Shown in pieces: positions 48,977 through 60,591 of a DNA stretch of 64,000 bases; positions within the stretch are counted from its first letter, which is position 1; each line of letters begins with the position of its first letter. A model generated the notes under the pieces. It saw nothing but the letters and a program-made list of their open reading frames with translations. It did no database searches and was not told the DNA's origin. The DNA is from an uncultured Acidimicrobiales bacterium (GTDB lineage Bacteria; Actinomycetota; Acidimicrobiia; Acidimicrobiales; DATKAS01): contig CAVSCP010000006.1 of assembly GCA_963726495.1 (NCBI GenBank), positions 140,312-204,311 on the forward strand, read 5' to 3'. The position numbers and the translations under genes were made by a program.

Positions 48977-49913
48977 ATGTCGGCCGACCACGTCCACGAC
49001 GCCGAGACGCTCCCTCCCCCGACCTTGCAAGAGGTCAGCGACGGCATCTTCGCCTACGTGCAGCTCGACGGGTCGTGGTGCCTGAACAACACCGGGTTCC
49101 TCGTCGGCCGCGACGGAGTGACCGCGATCGACACCTGCGCGACCGAGGGGCGCACCCGCGCGTTCCTCGACGCGCTGGGTGGAGTGACGAGCGCCCCGGT
49201 GCGGGTCCTCGTGAACACTCACCATCACGGCGACCACACCCACGGCAACTGGCTGCTGCCCGCCGCCGCGGTTGTCGGTCATGAGCTGTGCCGGCACGAG
49301 GTGCTCACCACGGGTTCGATCACGAAGGGCTTGTGGCCGTGGGTCGAGTGGGGCGAGATCGAGGTGTGGCCACCCTTCGTCACGTTCGACGATCACCTCT
49401 CGGTGTGGGTCGACGACCTCGAGGTCTCGTTGCAGCACATCGGGCCCGCCCACACGACGAACGACGTCGTCGCGTGGGTCGCGGATCGCTCGGTGCTGTT
49501 CACCGGCGACCTCGTGTTCAACGGAGGCACGCCGTTCGTCGTGATGGGATCGGTCTCGGGCTCGCTTGACTCGGTCGAGCGGCTGCGCGGGTTCGGCGCC
49601 ACCACCGTCGTGCCCGGGCACGGCTCGGTCTGCGGGCCCGAGGTGTTCGATCAGCTCACTCGTTACTTCGAATTCGTGCAGAGCGTCGCTCGCGGAGGGC
49701 AAGGCCGCAGGGCTGTCTCCCCTCGACGCCGCGCTCCAGACCGACCTGGGCGAGTTCTCCGAGTGGCACGACCGCGAGCGGATCGTCGGCAACCTGTACC
49801 GCGCGTACGCCGAGCTCGACGGCGCCGAGCGGGGCGCGCAGATCAACGTCGTCGCAGCGCTCACCGACATGGTCGCCTACAACGGCGGCCAGCCGCTTCG
49901 TTGCCTCGCGTGA
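48977..49913 (+). pseudogene. MBL-fold metallo-hydrolase, frameshift near 49690
   Basis: ATG 48977 in ORF 48926..50803 (VNTHHHGDHTHGN, GPAHTTNDV, FTGD, VVPGHG). The C-terminus is in the ORF 49566..49913 frame (LAEGKAAGLSPLDAAL...). Confidence 0.8.
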
Positions 49914-50803
49914 TCACACGCGTCGTCCGCTCCCCGCTCCCTGTCGATCTGGGGCCGACCCTGGCTCCGTTGCGTCACGGTCGATATGACCCGACGACCC
50001 GGATCGGCGCGACCGGCGTGTGGCGCGCGATGCGCACTCCCGATGGTGCCGCGACGGCACGGTTCACCGGTGGCGGACACGAAGTGCAGGTCGACGCGTG
50101 GGGTGTCGGAGCGGCGTGGGTCGTCGAGCACGCACCTGACCTCGTGGGGGCGTGCGATCAGCTCGACGGGTTCGCGCCGGACGATCCCTATGTCACCGAG
50201 CTCGCGCGCAGGCATGCGGGGCTTCGGGTCGCGCGGTCGCTCTCGGTCAACCCTCTCGTCGTCGCGACGGTCATCGGGCAGCGGGTCACTGGCATCCAGG
50301 CCGCCCGGTCGTGGGCCTCGATCGTGCGGCGGTTCGGCGAGCGCGCTCCCGGGCCGGCCGGGCTGGTGCTCCCACCCTCGCCTCAGAGACTCGCGGCGCT
50401 CCCCTACTACCGGCTTCATCCGAGCGGCATCGAGCAGGGACGCGCCGACACGATCCGGCGGGCGTCGATCGTGGCCGACGCGCTCGAGCGGGCGGTCGCC
50501 GTGCCCTCGGTGCTCGACACCCGGCTGCGCAGCATCCCCGGGATCGGGCCGTGGACCAGCGCCCTCGTCTGCGCGAGCGCGGCCGGCGACCCCGACGCGG
50601 TGCCCGTCGGCGACCTCCACCTGCCCGGGATCATCTGCTTCTCGCTGACCGGCGATGCGAGCGGCGGCGACGAGCGCATGCTCGAGCTGCTCGCTCCGTA
50701 CGCGGGCCACCGCGGTCGTGTGGCCCGCCTCATCCTCATGGGCGGCACCGCCCCGCCCCGCCACGCCCCCCGCCAACGCCTCGTCCCCATCGCCGACCTC
50801 TGA
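49910..50803 (+). CDS. DNA-3-methyladenine glycosylase 2 (AlkA-like, HhH-GPD) family protein
   Basis: GTG 49910 overlapping the MBL stop (GTGA), in the frame of ORF 48926..50803. Motifs: IPGIGPWTSALV..GDPDAVPVGDLHL. Confidence 0.75.
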   Translation: MITRVVRSPLPVDLGPTLAPLRHGRYDPTTRIGATGVWRAMRTPDGAATARFTGGGHEVQVDAWGVGAAWVVEHAPDLVGACDQLDGFAPDDPYVTELARRHAGLRVARSLSVNPLVVATVIGQRVTGIQAARSWASIVRRFGERAPGPAGLVLPPSPQRLAALPYYRLHPSGIEQGRADTIRRASIVADALERAVAVPSVLDTRLRSIPGIGPWTSALVCASAAGDPDAVPVGDLHLPGIICFSLTGDASGGDERMLELLAPYAGHRGRVARLILMGGTAPPRHAPRQRLVPIADL

Positions 50804-50830
50804 CCCCACCTGCCCCCCGAGTTGCCGGAC

Positions 50831-50876
50831 AGATTGGTAGGTCGGGGCACTCATGCTGCCCCCGACCTACCAATCT
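50831..50876. repeat. Perfect 17-bp-stem palindromic element (bidirectional terminator candidate), copy 1
   Basis: AGATTGGTAGGTCGGGG-cactcatgctgc-CCCCGACCTACCAATCT, read directly. It lies between the convergent alkA-like and DUF559-like genes. A degenerate copy is at 51842..51885. Confidence 0.7.
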
Positions 50877-51790
50877 CCGAAGCGGGGCTCGGCGTGCCTC
50901 GAGAGCGTCGAGGCGCTCCCAACGAAGTACGGGTCGGTCATCGCACTCGTGAATGTGAGGGGCGCCCAGCCGAGGACGACGAGGTCATCGCGACGGATGT
51001 GGTCGACGATCGAACGCTGACCTCTGCATCCCGTGGTACTCCCACGAGTCGACTTCGATCGCGATCTTCAGCTCCGGGTAGGCGAGGTCAATGCGGACCG
51101 GCTTCCCGTCGGAGCAGCATCCGAAACTGTTGGCGTCGGCAACGGAAGTCCCGCCTTCGCGATCGCCCGCACCGCTCGGGTCTCGAGGTCGCTCTCGCCT
51201 GGGTCATAGCCGGGCGACCGTTCAGCGAGCGCTTGTGCATCGATCGAAGCGAGCGACCCGGTCCCGGGTGCAGTCGACCGACGGCACGGCGGACGTCATC
51301 GAGCGTGCACAACTTCCGACGGAGCAGATCGTCGAGCGCGCGACCGAGCTCGTCTTGCCGCAGCTGCCCCGACACGTCGATGAGGGCTCGTGCGGCGGTC
51401 ACGGCAGCGATACCGCGGCCGCGTCGTGAGATCCGCGTCGAACAGCTCGCGCGAGCGATGGCCTACGACGCCGTCGAGACCGATCTTGCGCTCGATGGTG
51501 GCGACCAGATCGATCTGCTCGGGCTGTGTGAATCGGCGGAAGCCTCCACAACGAGGCCGCAGTGTGATGCGAGGCGTAGGCCCCAGGCCCGGCGGCAAGC
51601 ACCGCGCCAGGACTGCCTGCTCCCAGGAAGGGGGCGCACCGGCGAGCGCGTACACGCCCGGACGGATCTCGAAGAGGATGACACGCCGCAGCAACGCAGC
51701 GATCTCGGCGTCGGTGAGTCCCGCGCCGAGCGCCTGAGCGCGGGTGACGAGCCCACGTTGCCGTCGGGTGAATCGGTTGATCTTCTGCAT
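50867..51790 (-). pseudogene. DUF559 / Vsr-fold endonuclease-like protein with N-terminal AbiEi-like wHTH, heavily frameshifted (5 or more)
   Basis: My minus-strand translation from ATG 51790: MQKINRFTRRQRGLVTRAQALGAGLTDAEIAALLRR..RPGVYALAGAP. Later fragments: ASHHTAASLW, GVVGHRSREL, AARALIDVSGQLRQDELGRALDDLLRRKL, IDLAYPELKIAIEVDSWEYH and LGWAPLTF. This is the typical actinobacterial DUF559 architecture. The end coordinate is uncertain. Confidence 0.6.
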
Positions 51791-51841
51791 CTGCACCGCC
51801 ACGACGCAACACGGTGACAAGGGGGTGTGACATTCCCTCCG

Positions 51842-51885
51842 GATTGGTAGTTCGGGCGTCTCAGGCGTGCCTCGAGCTACCAATC
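51842..51885. repeat. Palindromic element, degenerate copy 2
   Basis: GATTGGTAG-TTCGGG...CTCGAG-CTACCAATC: a 9-bp perfect outer stem plus 6 inner pairs if G-U is allowed. It shares ATTGGTAG / CTACCAATCT with copy 1. It lies between the DUF559-like start and the stop (51937) of the upstream minus-strand gene. Confidence 0.6.
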
Positions 51886-51936
51886 TCGCCGAGGGAGGGG
51901 CGCCGAGGGAGGGGGAGGGCTGGGGAAGGGCGAGCG

Positions 51937-53041
51937 TCAGGGGACGTAGCGGCCGAGCCAGGCCGCGCTGCACATCGCCACCATGAGGACGCTCGACACG
52001 ACGAGCGTCGGGAGCTCGATGCGCCAACGGCGCGCCAGCATCGCCATGGCGATCACGACCGGGAACGCGTTCAGGCCGTACCGCTCGAGTGAGTTGAGGT
52101 TGCGGGCCGACAGCGCACTGAGCACCACGATCGCGGCGTACGCGGTGTACGACGGCGGCAGCCAGCGGATGCACAGCACCACGAGCACGACCAGCGCGAT
52201 CGCGAAGGGCGCGTGCAGCCCGTCGAGGAACCGCTGCGATCCGAACAGGTCACCGATCGCGCGGCCCAACCCCCGCACGGGGTCGAGCCACTGGCCACGC
52301 AGCTCGCCTTGCTGGTGGATCGGATCGAGGTTGCCGATCCAGAGCAGAAACGTCGCGAAGCCGACGACGGGTGCGACGATCGCAGCCGCCCGGGCGACAC
52401 GATCGCGTGACGTCGCCCGCCTCCATCCCGTAAGCGCCTCGATCGCCGCGGGCACGGCGAGCACGACGCCGAACGGCCGCACCAACCCAGCCAGCAACCC
52501 GAGCGAGCGCGGCCCACCACCAGGAGTGACGCCGAAGCGCGAGGAACATCCCGATCGCGCAGACGAGGTACAGCGCTTCCGCATAGGCCCACACGAGCAC
52601 GAACGCCGGGGGCGCGAGGGCGAGCAGCGAGGCGCTGAGCACCGCGGTGCGACGGTCCGCGAGGTCGAGGATCACCAAGCGGTGGAGCAGCGCCGCGGCA
52701 ACGAGGGCGCCCACGTTCGCGACGAGCAAGAGTGCGAGCCCCTCGTTCCCACCGAGCACCCATCCGAGGCCGCGACCGGACAGCGGATACAGGGGGAAGA
52801 ACCGCAACGCCGCCTCGGGAAGCGCCCCGTAGCCCTTCGTCGCGATGTCGCGGTAGAACGCGCCATCCCACGCGAAGAGCCCTTGGTGGAGCTGGATCGT
52901 CAGCTCACCGGGATGCGAGTGCGCGCGCCAGAGCCGAGCGATGCCGTACGCGATCGCGACCAAGACGCGCGCGACGATCCACGCGGGCAGCGCGGCACGC
53001 AGATCCTCGGTGACGCTGCGTCGAAGGCTGGTTGCCGTCAC
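51937..53041 (-). pseudogene. Integral-membrane mannosyltransferase-like protein (PIG-V / GT76-like GT-C), frameshift near 52520
   Basis: GTG 53041 (VTATSLRRSVTEDLRAALPAWIVARVLVAIAY) in ORF 52250..53191, with FAWDGAFYRDIATKGY. The C-terminal half is in ORF 51937..52584. Both halves are multi-TM. The start overlaps the upstream stop (GTGA). Confidence 0.65.
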
Positions 53042-54660
53042 GTGGACGGCGGGAACTCGAACAGCCACGCGTGCTCGAAGTACTTGTTGCCGTTGTCGGT
53101 CACGCGAGCAACACCCTGCGGACGGGCGCGCAGCAGCGCGCTGTTCACCGCTTCGCATTGCCCTTCGAACGTGCGATAGGTGCCCGCCCACACGTACCAG
53201 ATGGTGTGATCACCCGCGCGCTTCAGCACCTCCTGCGCGATCGCGTCGGGATCGGCCGCGGCGTTGCGATCCTCGTAGTCGACCCAATCGACCCGGTCGG
53301 TCGGGCCGAGCGTCGGGTACGCGAGCGTGACGACGTCGCCGCGCAAGTGGCCGCGTGCCGGAGGGCCCGAGCTGGTCGGGGCAGTAGAGGACGATGTCGC
53401 CGGGCTTCGCGTTCGCGTTGATCGCCGGCACGACCTCCGCGCCGAGCTGCGTGCGCTCGACCGTGACGTTGCGGTAGCCGCCCAGCAGGCCGCCCACCAC
53501 GAGCAGGCCGACGATCGGCGAGCCGCAGCCAGTCCGCGAGGAACCGCGTGAGGCCAGCTGCGGCAGCGAGCAGCAGGAACGGCACGAACACTGCCGCGTA
53601 CCGCGACTCGTACGTGCCCGAGGTGACGAACACGGCCGCGGTGCCGAATGCGAGCGTGAGACCGGTGACCGCCAGCTCGGTGCGCACCTGAGGCACGGTG
53701 CCGAGGTCGAGGCCGATGTGGCGGCGGTCGCGGGCGACCCCGAACAGCGCGAGCAGCACCAGTCAACGCGAGGATGAACCCGACGATCTGTCCCTCGGCG
53801 CCGATGCCGCCGAGGTCGTTCGCGGTGATCGTGAGGATCGCGGACGGGCGGATCGGCCTTGCCCACGGCGAGCCAGTGTGGGCGGCTTGGTACGCGAACG
53901 ACGGTAGCCACGGCACGAACGCGAGGCTGCCGACGGCGACGGCGACAAGCAGGTGTACGGCCCGTCGCCGCGTCACACGGGAACGCAGCCGCAACGCGAG
54001 CAGCACCACGGTCGCCGCGACGAGGTACAGCGCCCAGTAGTGGGTCAGGACGAGCGCGCCAGTGATGAGTGCGACGGCGACGAGCCAACCGATGCCGTCG
54101 TCCTCGAGGGCGTTCATCACGCAGAGGTAGCCCGCGAGCGCGAGCACGACGACCATCGAGTACATCCGGGCTTCGGTCGCGTAGCGGAAGGCCCAGGGGT
54201 TCAGCGCGAGGAGGACAAGCGCGAGCCACGCGACCGTTCTTCCCCCGACCCGTCTCCCCGCGAGCCACATGAGCGGCAGCGCGAGGACGGCGAAGACGCC
54301 CGACAGCGCCCGCACCGAGCGGTCGCTCTCGCCGAACACCGCCATCCATCCGTGGAGGAGCCAGTAGTAGAGCGGCGGATGGCCGTCGTGACGCAGCGCT
54401 TCGGGGATGTCGCCGACGGGAAGCTTGGCGATGTTGACCGACAACGCCTCGTCGAGCCAGAGGTGCGACTGGGTCCAGAAGCGGAGCACGACTCCGATGG
54501 CGACGGCCACGCCGATGGCGATCCAGACGGCGACGATCCAGCCGTGAGCAGGGGATGTGGTGGGGTCTCCGGCAGGCTCGGCAGGGGGCGCCGTGGCCTG
54601 GGTGTTCGTGACCGCCACGGCGCGCAACGGTAGCCTTCGCACCTGTTGCGGCCCAATCAT
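53038..54660 (-). pseudogene. GT39/ArnT-like GT-C glycosyltransferase, about 3 frameshifts
   Basis: ATG 54660 in ORF 53038..54771: LWLDEALSVNIAKLP..HDGHPPLYYWLLHGWMAVFGESDRSVRALSGVF..LNPWAFRYATEARMYS. The middle is in ORFs 53223..53759 and 53210..54349. The soluble C-terminus returns to the first frame. Confidence 0.7.
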
Positions 54661-54731
54661 CCGCCGCTCCCCACCCACCCTTTCAGCACCCAGCGGGTGC
54701 ACCACCGACCTGCAGGAGCGCGCCGACCGCG

Positions 54732-56233
54732 ATGGCCGACACCGAGACGCCGACAGCGGCGACAGACACACCGCCCGGCCCAGAGGCGGGCGAGGTCGTG
54801 ATCATCGGCGCGGGGCCTGCGGGCCTCACCGCCGCGTGGGAGCTGACCAAGCGCGGTCGCACTGCAACGGTGCTCGAGGCCGACTCGGTCGTCGGTGGCA
54901 TCAGCCGCACCGTCGAGCGCGACGGCTGGCGCTTCGACATCGGCGGCCACCGCTTCTTCACGAAGGTCCCCGAGGTCGAGGCCGTGTGGCACGAGATCCT
55001 CGCCGGACGAAGACTTCCTGCTGCGCCCGCGCCTGAGCCGCATCTACTACCAGAGCAAGTACTTCGACTACCCGCTCCGGGCGATGAACGTGCTCAAGAC
55101 GCTCGGCATCCGCGAGTCGTTCCTCTGCGGATGCTCGTACATCGGCGTGCGCATCAAGAAGCCGAAGGACCAGACGACGTTCGAGGGCTGGGTCGCGGCG
55201 CGGTTCGGGTGGCGCCTTTACCGCATGTTCTTCAAGAGCTACACCGAGAAGGTCTGGGGCATCCCCGCCGACAAGCTGCCCGCCGACTGGGCCGCGCAGC
55301 GCATCAAGAACCTCTCGCTTCGGCAAGGCCGTGATCAACGCGATCCTCCCGAAGCGCAACCAGAAGGAGATCACCTCCCTCATCGAGGAGTTCCAGTACC
55401 CGAAGTACGGCCCGGGGATGATGTGGGAGGTGTGCACCGACAAGGTCGAGGCCGCGGGCACGAAGGTGCTGATGGAGACCGTCGTGACCCAGGTCGAGCA
55501 CAAGGACGGTCGGGCGGTCGCCGTCACTGCCGAGACCGAAGGCGTCGCCACCACGTACGACGCGACCGCGGTCATCTCGTCGATGCCGATGAGCGCGCTC
55601 CTGCGGGCGATGGATCCGCCGCCGCCGGCCGAGGTGCTCGCCGCGGCCGATGCGCTCAAGTACCGCGACTTCATCACCGTCGCGCTCGTCGTCCCCGACA
55701 AGTACTCGTTTCCTGACAACTGGATCTACGTGCACTCGCCCGACGTCATCGTCGGTCGCATCCAGAACTTCCGGAACTGGTCGCCGTACATGGTGAAGCC
55801 CGGCTACACCTGCCTCGGGCTCGAGTACTTCGTGAACGTCGGCGATCGCCTGTGGGAGATGGCCGACGATGACCTCGTGAAGCTCGGTGCGTCAGAGCTC
55901 GCGCACATCGGCCTCGTCGACGCCGATGTGGTCGAGGCCGGATACGTCGTGCGCACCCCCAAGGCGTACCCGGTGTACGACGGCGGCTACGAAGCCAACG
56001 TCAACGTCATGCGCGAGTGGCTCGAGCAGCACGCGACCAACGTGTATCCGGTCGGCCGCAACGGCATGCACAAGTACAACAACCAGGACCACTCCATGTT
56101 CACCGCGATGCTGAGCGTCGAGAACATCCTCGGCGCCCATCACGACACCTGGTCGGTGAACGTCGAGCAGGAGTACCACGAGGAGAGCTCCCACTCCGCC
56201 GGCACCGGACGATCGGCGCCAGTCACCGGATGA
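54732..56233 (+). pseudogene. NAD(P)/FAD-dependent oxidoreductase (amine-oxidase / UDP-galactopyranose-mutase-like fold), 2 frameshifts
   Basis: ORF 54732..55334 (VVIIGAGPAGLTAAWEL..EADSVVGGISRT). ORF 54895..55716 (YYQSKYFDYPL..FFKSYTEKVWG). ORF 55331..56233 (QYPKYGPGMMWE...VGRNGMHKYNNQDHSM). Confidence 0.7.
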
Positions 56234-56237
56234 ACAG

Positions 56238-57435
56238 ATGACCGCCACCACGGCCGCCGACCTCGGTTCGGGCCATGCCGGGTCGGTCAACCGTCATTTC
56301 CCGTGCTTCGACGGGCTCCGCGCGATCGCCGCGATCCTGATCGTGATGCACCACTCGGGCTTCGCGTCGGGCGACACGTTCCGCTACGGCTGGGGCGCGT
56401 ACGTCGGCCGCATGGACATCGGGGTGCCGATCTTCTTCGGCCTCTCCGGCTTCCTGCTCTTCCGGCCCTACGTGGCCGCGCAGTTCGCGGGCACGCCAGC
56501 CGATCGCCACCGCCGACTTCTGGACTCGCCGCGTGCTCCGCATCTTCCCGGCCTATTGGGCGGCGCTCTTCCTGCAGGTGATCCTCGGCGGGATCGTCGT
56601 GCACAGCTTGTTCGGCCTGCTCGTCTACATGAGCCTCACGCAGATCTACTTCATGCGGTTCGTGATCGGCGCGATCACGCAGTCGTGGAGCCTCGCGACC
56701 GAAGTGAGCTTCTACGTCTTCCTTCCCTTCTGGGCGAGGTGGATGCGCAAGCTCGCGGGCACGAGCACGATCAACGTGCAGGCGATGCGCCTGCTCGGCT
56801 GGCTCGGCGTGCTCGTGGTGCTCTCGTACGTGTGGCGTGGCTTCATCTACTGGGTCGACCCGAGCTGGAAGCCCCTCACCTACTACTGGCTCCCTTCGCT
56901 GATCGAGCTGTTCTGCGTCGGGATGGCGCTCGCGGTGATCTCCGCGTGGGCCGATCACCGCTCGGTCGTGCGCGAGATGGGCGACGCGATCGGACGTCAC
57001 CCCGCGATCTGCTGGGCGATCGCCCTCGGCCTCTTCTGGTTCGTGTCGACGCAGCTCGGCCTGCTGCTCGGCCTGTTCCGCGCGAGCGACTCGCGAGAGA
57101 TGCTGCGCCAGACGATCTACGGACTCGTCGCGTTCTTCCTGATGCTGCCAGCGGTCTTCGGCAACCAGCGTCAGGGGCTCATCCGGCGCTTCCTCTCCCA
57201 TCGGTTCATGGTGTTCATGGGATCGATCTCGTACGGCGTGTACCTCTGGCACCAGTTCTTCATCACCCACATCCAGGAGTGGTTCGGATGGGGTCAGTGG
57301 GAGGCGCCGTTCCCGCAGCTCTTCCTCATGACGATGGTGCTCAGCAGCATCACCGCGTGGATCAGCTTGAAGTTCCTCGAACGCCCGCTGATGGGACAAC
57401 GCAAGCGGGTGCTCGCTCTCATCGGGAAGGCCTGA
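56238..57435 (+). pseudogene. Acyltransferase family 3 (OafA-like) membrane protein, frameshift near 56500
   Basis: ORF 56238..57791 N-terminus (FDGLRAIAAILIVMHHSGF..MDIGVPIFFGLSGFLLFRP). ORF 56533..57435 (LRIFPAYWAAL...QSWSLATEVSFYVFLP...ISYGVYLWH). Confidence 0.75.
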
Positions 57436-57438
57436 GCC

Positions 57439-58143
57439 GTGAGGATGAGCCGGCGGGCGTCGATGCGATTGAACGACGCGCTCGACCGCTGGGTCCCTCC
57501 GGCGCTTCGCGACTCGTGGATCTTCGCCCGGGCCGCGAGGTCGATGTACGGCGATCTCCCGATCCCGATCGACGAGCTGAAGGAGCGTGCGTTCACGCTC
57601 TCGCCCGAGGAGTACGGCGACTTCTACCGAAGCCTGCAGACGCGGTTCGAGCAGGGCGACACCGACCTCACACCTGCGTCGCTCGACTCCGTCGTTGCAT
57701 CGGTTCTCGGTCAGTCGGTGCTCGACGTCGCGTGTGGCAAGGGCTACCTCGCGTTCAGTGCTGGCGAGCGACCACCGCGTCGTCGGTGTAGACGTCGCGC
57801 TCGCGACCGGCGACCGAGCGATACGCCACCGCGGCGCGATCCTCTGCGAGGCGAACATCGAGCAGCTGCCCTTCCGCGACGACTCGTTCGACACGGTCGT
57901 GTCGACGCACACGCTCGAGCACGTGCAGCACCTCGGCAGCGCGCTCGCCGAGCTCCGCCGAGTCGCCGCCAAGCGTCTCGTCGTGGTCGTGCCGCGGCAA
58001 CGCCCGTATCGGGTCACGTTCAACCCGCACATCCACTTCTTCCCGTACGAGTTCTCGCTTCTCGCGTGGACGGGCACCGACCGTCCCTACCGGTGCGAGC
58101 TCGCGGGGGAGACTGGCTGTACGTGGAGGAGCAGACAGGTTGA
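57439..58143 (+). pseudogene. Class I SAM-dependent methyltransferase, 2 frameshifts
   Basis: ORF 57439..58143 (..VLDVACGKGYLA) and ORF 57587..58261 (VVGVDV..LPFRDDSFDTVVSTHTLEHV..LRRVAAKRLVVVVP). The last codons return to the first frame. Confidence 0.7.
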
Positions 58144-58869
58144 GCACCCTCGTGGTCGTGCCGGCGTACCAAGAGGAACAGGCGCTTCCGGGCACACTCA
58201 AGGAGCTGCGCGACGTCGTGCCCGAGCTCGACGTCCTCGTCGTGGACGATGGCTCCCGTGACGCGACCGCGAAGGTCGCGGCGGCCGCCGCCGATGTGAC
58301 GGGTGGCCCGCCTGCCGTTCAACCTGGGCGTGGGCGCCGCAGTGCGCACAGGACTCCGCTATGCGGTCGACCACGGCTACCAACGGGTGGTCGTCGTCGA
58401 TGCGGACGGCCAGCACGACCCGGCCACGATCGCGACCTTGCTCGCGCGCGCTCGACGACGGCGCCGACATGGTCATCGGCTCACGGTTCGCCGCTCGGCG
58501 GGATCGTCGTTCGAGGTCGGGCGCACCCGCGGCCGAGCGATGAAGTCGCTGCACCGTGTCGTTCGCTGGCAGACCGGCCAGTCGTTCACCGACACGACCT
58601 CGGGGTTCCGGGCCTTCGACGCGCCGGTCGTCGCGATGCTCGCCCGCGACTACCCCGTCGAGTACCTCGCCGACACGGTCGAGGTGCTCCTCATGGTGTG
58701 CCGGGCCGGCTACAAGGTCGTCGAGGTGCCGGTGGCGATGCGCACCCGCGCCGGCGGGCAGCCGAGCGCTCGACATCTGCAGCTCGCCTACAACTACCTG
58801 CGCTTGATGATCGGGATCGTCGCGTCGGCATCGCGCAAGGCGATCCCACCGCCGCCAGGCAGGCCATGA
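58140..58869 (+). pseudogene. GT2 glycosyltransferase (polyprenol-phosphate sugar synthase-like), 3 frameshifts
   Basis: ORF 58140 (LVVVPAYQEEQALPGTLKEL..LVVDDGSRD). ORF 58303 (NLGVGAAVRTGLRYA..VVVDADGQHDP..SGFRAF). ORF 58361 (LDDGADMVIGSRF). Confidence 0.75.
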
Positions 58870-58879
58870 GGGACAACTC

Positions 58880-59254
58880 GTGAGCACCCGCGCCCACGTC
58901 CTGCTCATCGTCGTCGCCGGCGTGAGCGTCGGCTACATCTTCTGGCTGCTCCGCCAGCACCAGCTGCGCTCGAAGTACGCGCTGCTGTGGCTCGGCATCG
59001 GCGTCGTGCTCGTGCCCCTCGCGGTGTTCCCCGGCGTGCTGAACACGGTCGCCGACTGGCTCGGCGTCGCCTACCCGCCCGCCGCGTTCCTGTTCCTCGC
59101 CGTCGGGTTCTTGTTCTTCGTCGTCGTGCACTTCTCGTGGGAGCTCTCCCGGCTCGAGCGGCGCGTGCGCACGCTCGCCGAAGAGATCGCCCTGCTCCGA
59201 GCCGAGGGAGGGGCAGGGGCTAGCGTCTCTGCCGATGAGCACCCCGAAGGCTGA
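58880..59254 (+). CDS. DUF2304-like small membrane protein
   Basis: Intact 124-aa ORF with 3-4 TM segments (YALLWLGIGVVLVPLAVFP..FLFLAVGFLFFVVVHFSWELSRLE), placed directly after a GT2 gene as is typical for this family. Confidence 0.7.
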   Translation: MSTRAHVLLIVVAGVSVGYIFWLLRQHQLRSKYALLWLGIGVVLVPLAVFPGVLNTVADWLGVAYPPAAFLFLAVGFLFFVVVHFSWELSRLERRVRTLAEEIALLRAEGGAGASVSADEHPEG

Positions 59255-60582
59255 CGCCGCGCTCATTTGCGCGCTGGGTTGCTCTGATCACCGCCGTCGG
59301 GCTCGTCGGCCGCGTGCTGTACGTCGTGCTCGTGACACGCCACCAGACGGTGTGGGGCGACGCGTACTTCTACCACGAGAGCGCGAACCTCATCGCCGAC
59401 GGCAAGGGGTTCATCAACCCGATCGACTGGATCGAGAACCACGTCCGCATCCAGGCCGCCGACCATCCGCCGCTCTACCTCTTGTACCTCGCGGGATGGT
59501 CCATCCTCGGCGTCACGAGCACGACCGGACAGCTGCTCGTCTCGACGTTGCTCGGTGCCGCCACGATCGCGGTGACCGCCTACGCGGGCAAGGAGATCGC
59601 TGGGCCGAGAGTCGGCCTCATCGCCGCCGGTCTCGTGTGCATCTACCCGAACGTGTGGGCACCGGACGGCATGCTCCTGTCGGAGACGATGGCGATCCTG
59701 ACGGTTGCGCTGACGATGCTCCTCGCGTACCGGTTCTGGCACCGTCCGAACCTCGCCCGCGCCGCGTGGATGGGACTCGCAGTCGGGCTGGCGACGCTCT
59801 CTCGCTCCGAGCTCGTCCTGCTGTCGGTGCTCGTGATCGTGCCGCTCGTACTGCTGGTGCGCACCGTCTCGTTGTGGCGGAGGGTCGGGTGGATCGGCGC
59901 GGCTGCCGCCGCGTGCCTCGCGGTCGTCGGCCCGTGGGTCGTGTTCAACATGACGCGCTTCGACCATCCGGTGTACCTCTCGGCCGGCTACGAGATCACG
60001 CTCTCGACCGCGACGTGTGATCTCACCTGGTACGGCGAGTTCACCGGCTACTGGAACATCCAGTGCCCGATCCAGGTGCTCCAACGACACGGGGTCGACA
60101 GCCAGGGCACCGATCAGTCGGTGCTCGCGAAGCTCTTCCGTGACGACTCGATCGACTACATCCGCAACCACGAGAAGCGGCTCCCCTACGTGGTGCTCGC
60201 GCGGTGGGGCCGCATCACCGGCCTCTACAAGCCGCTGCAGCAGACGTCTCTCGACCACTTCCCGGAGGGTCGCAACATCTGGGTCGCCAGAGGCGCGCTC
60301 GCGGGCTGGTACCTCGTCGCTCCGTTCGCGATCGGCGGCGCGCTCGTGCTGCGTCGCCGCCGCATCCCGGTCTTCCCGCTGCTCGGCCCGCCGATCGTGG
60401 TCTGGATCGCGGTCACGATCACGTTCGCCACGACTCGTTATCGCGCTTCGGCCGAGGGGGCGCTGTGCCTGCTCGCGGCGGTCGGCGTCGACGCGCTCAT
60501 CGGCCTGTACGAACGGCTCCGCGACGATCCCGAGGACGTGCCGCCGGTCGACGAGCCCGAGCGCGAGCTCGTCTCTGCCTGA
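59235..60582 (+). pseudogene. GT39/ArnT-like GT-C glycosyltransferase; N-terminus uncertain (probable frameshift near 59250)
   Basis: ORF 59314..60582 (GDAYFYHESANLIADGKGF..AADHPPLYLLYLAGW..). The same frame is open back to 59239 without a good start, whereas ATG 59235 is one frame off. Confidence 0.7.
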
Positions 60583-60591
60583 CCTCGGCCC

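Noticed and set aside
50803-51937. Prophage, IS or integrative element at the DUF559 locus
   Set aside because: No transposase, integrase, tRNA attachment site or terminal inverted repeats of IS type are present. Only palindromes and a short direct repeat are seen, so the locus is reported as an observation rather than annotated as a mobile element.
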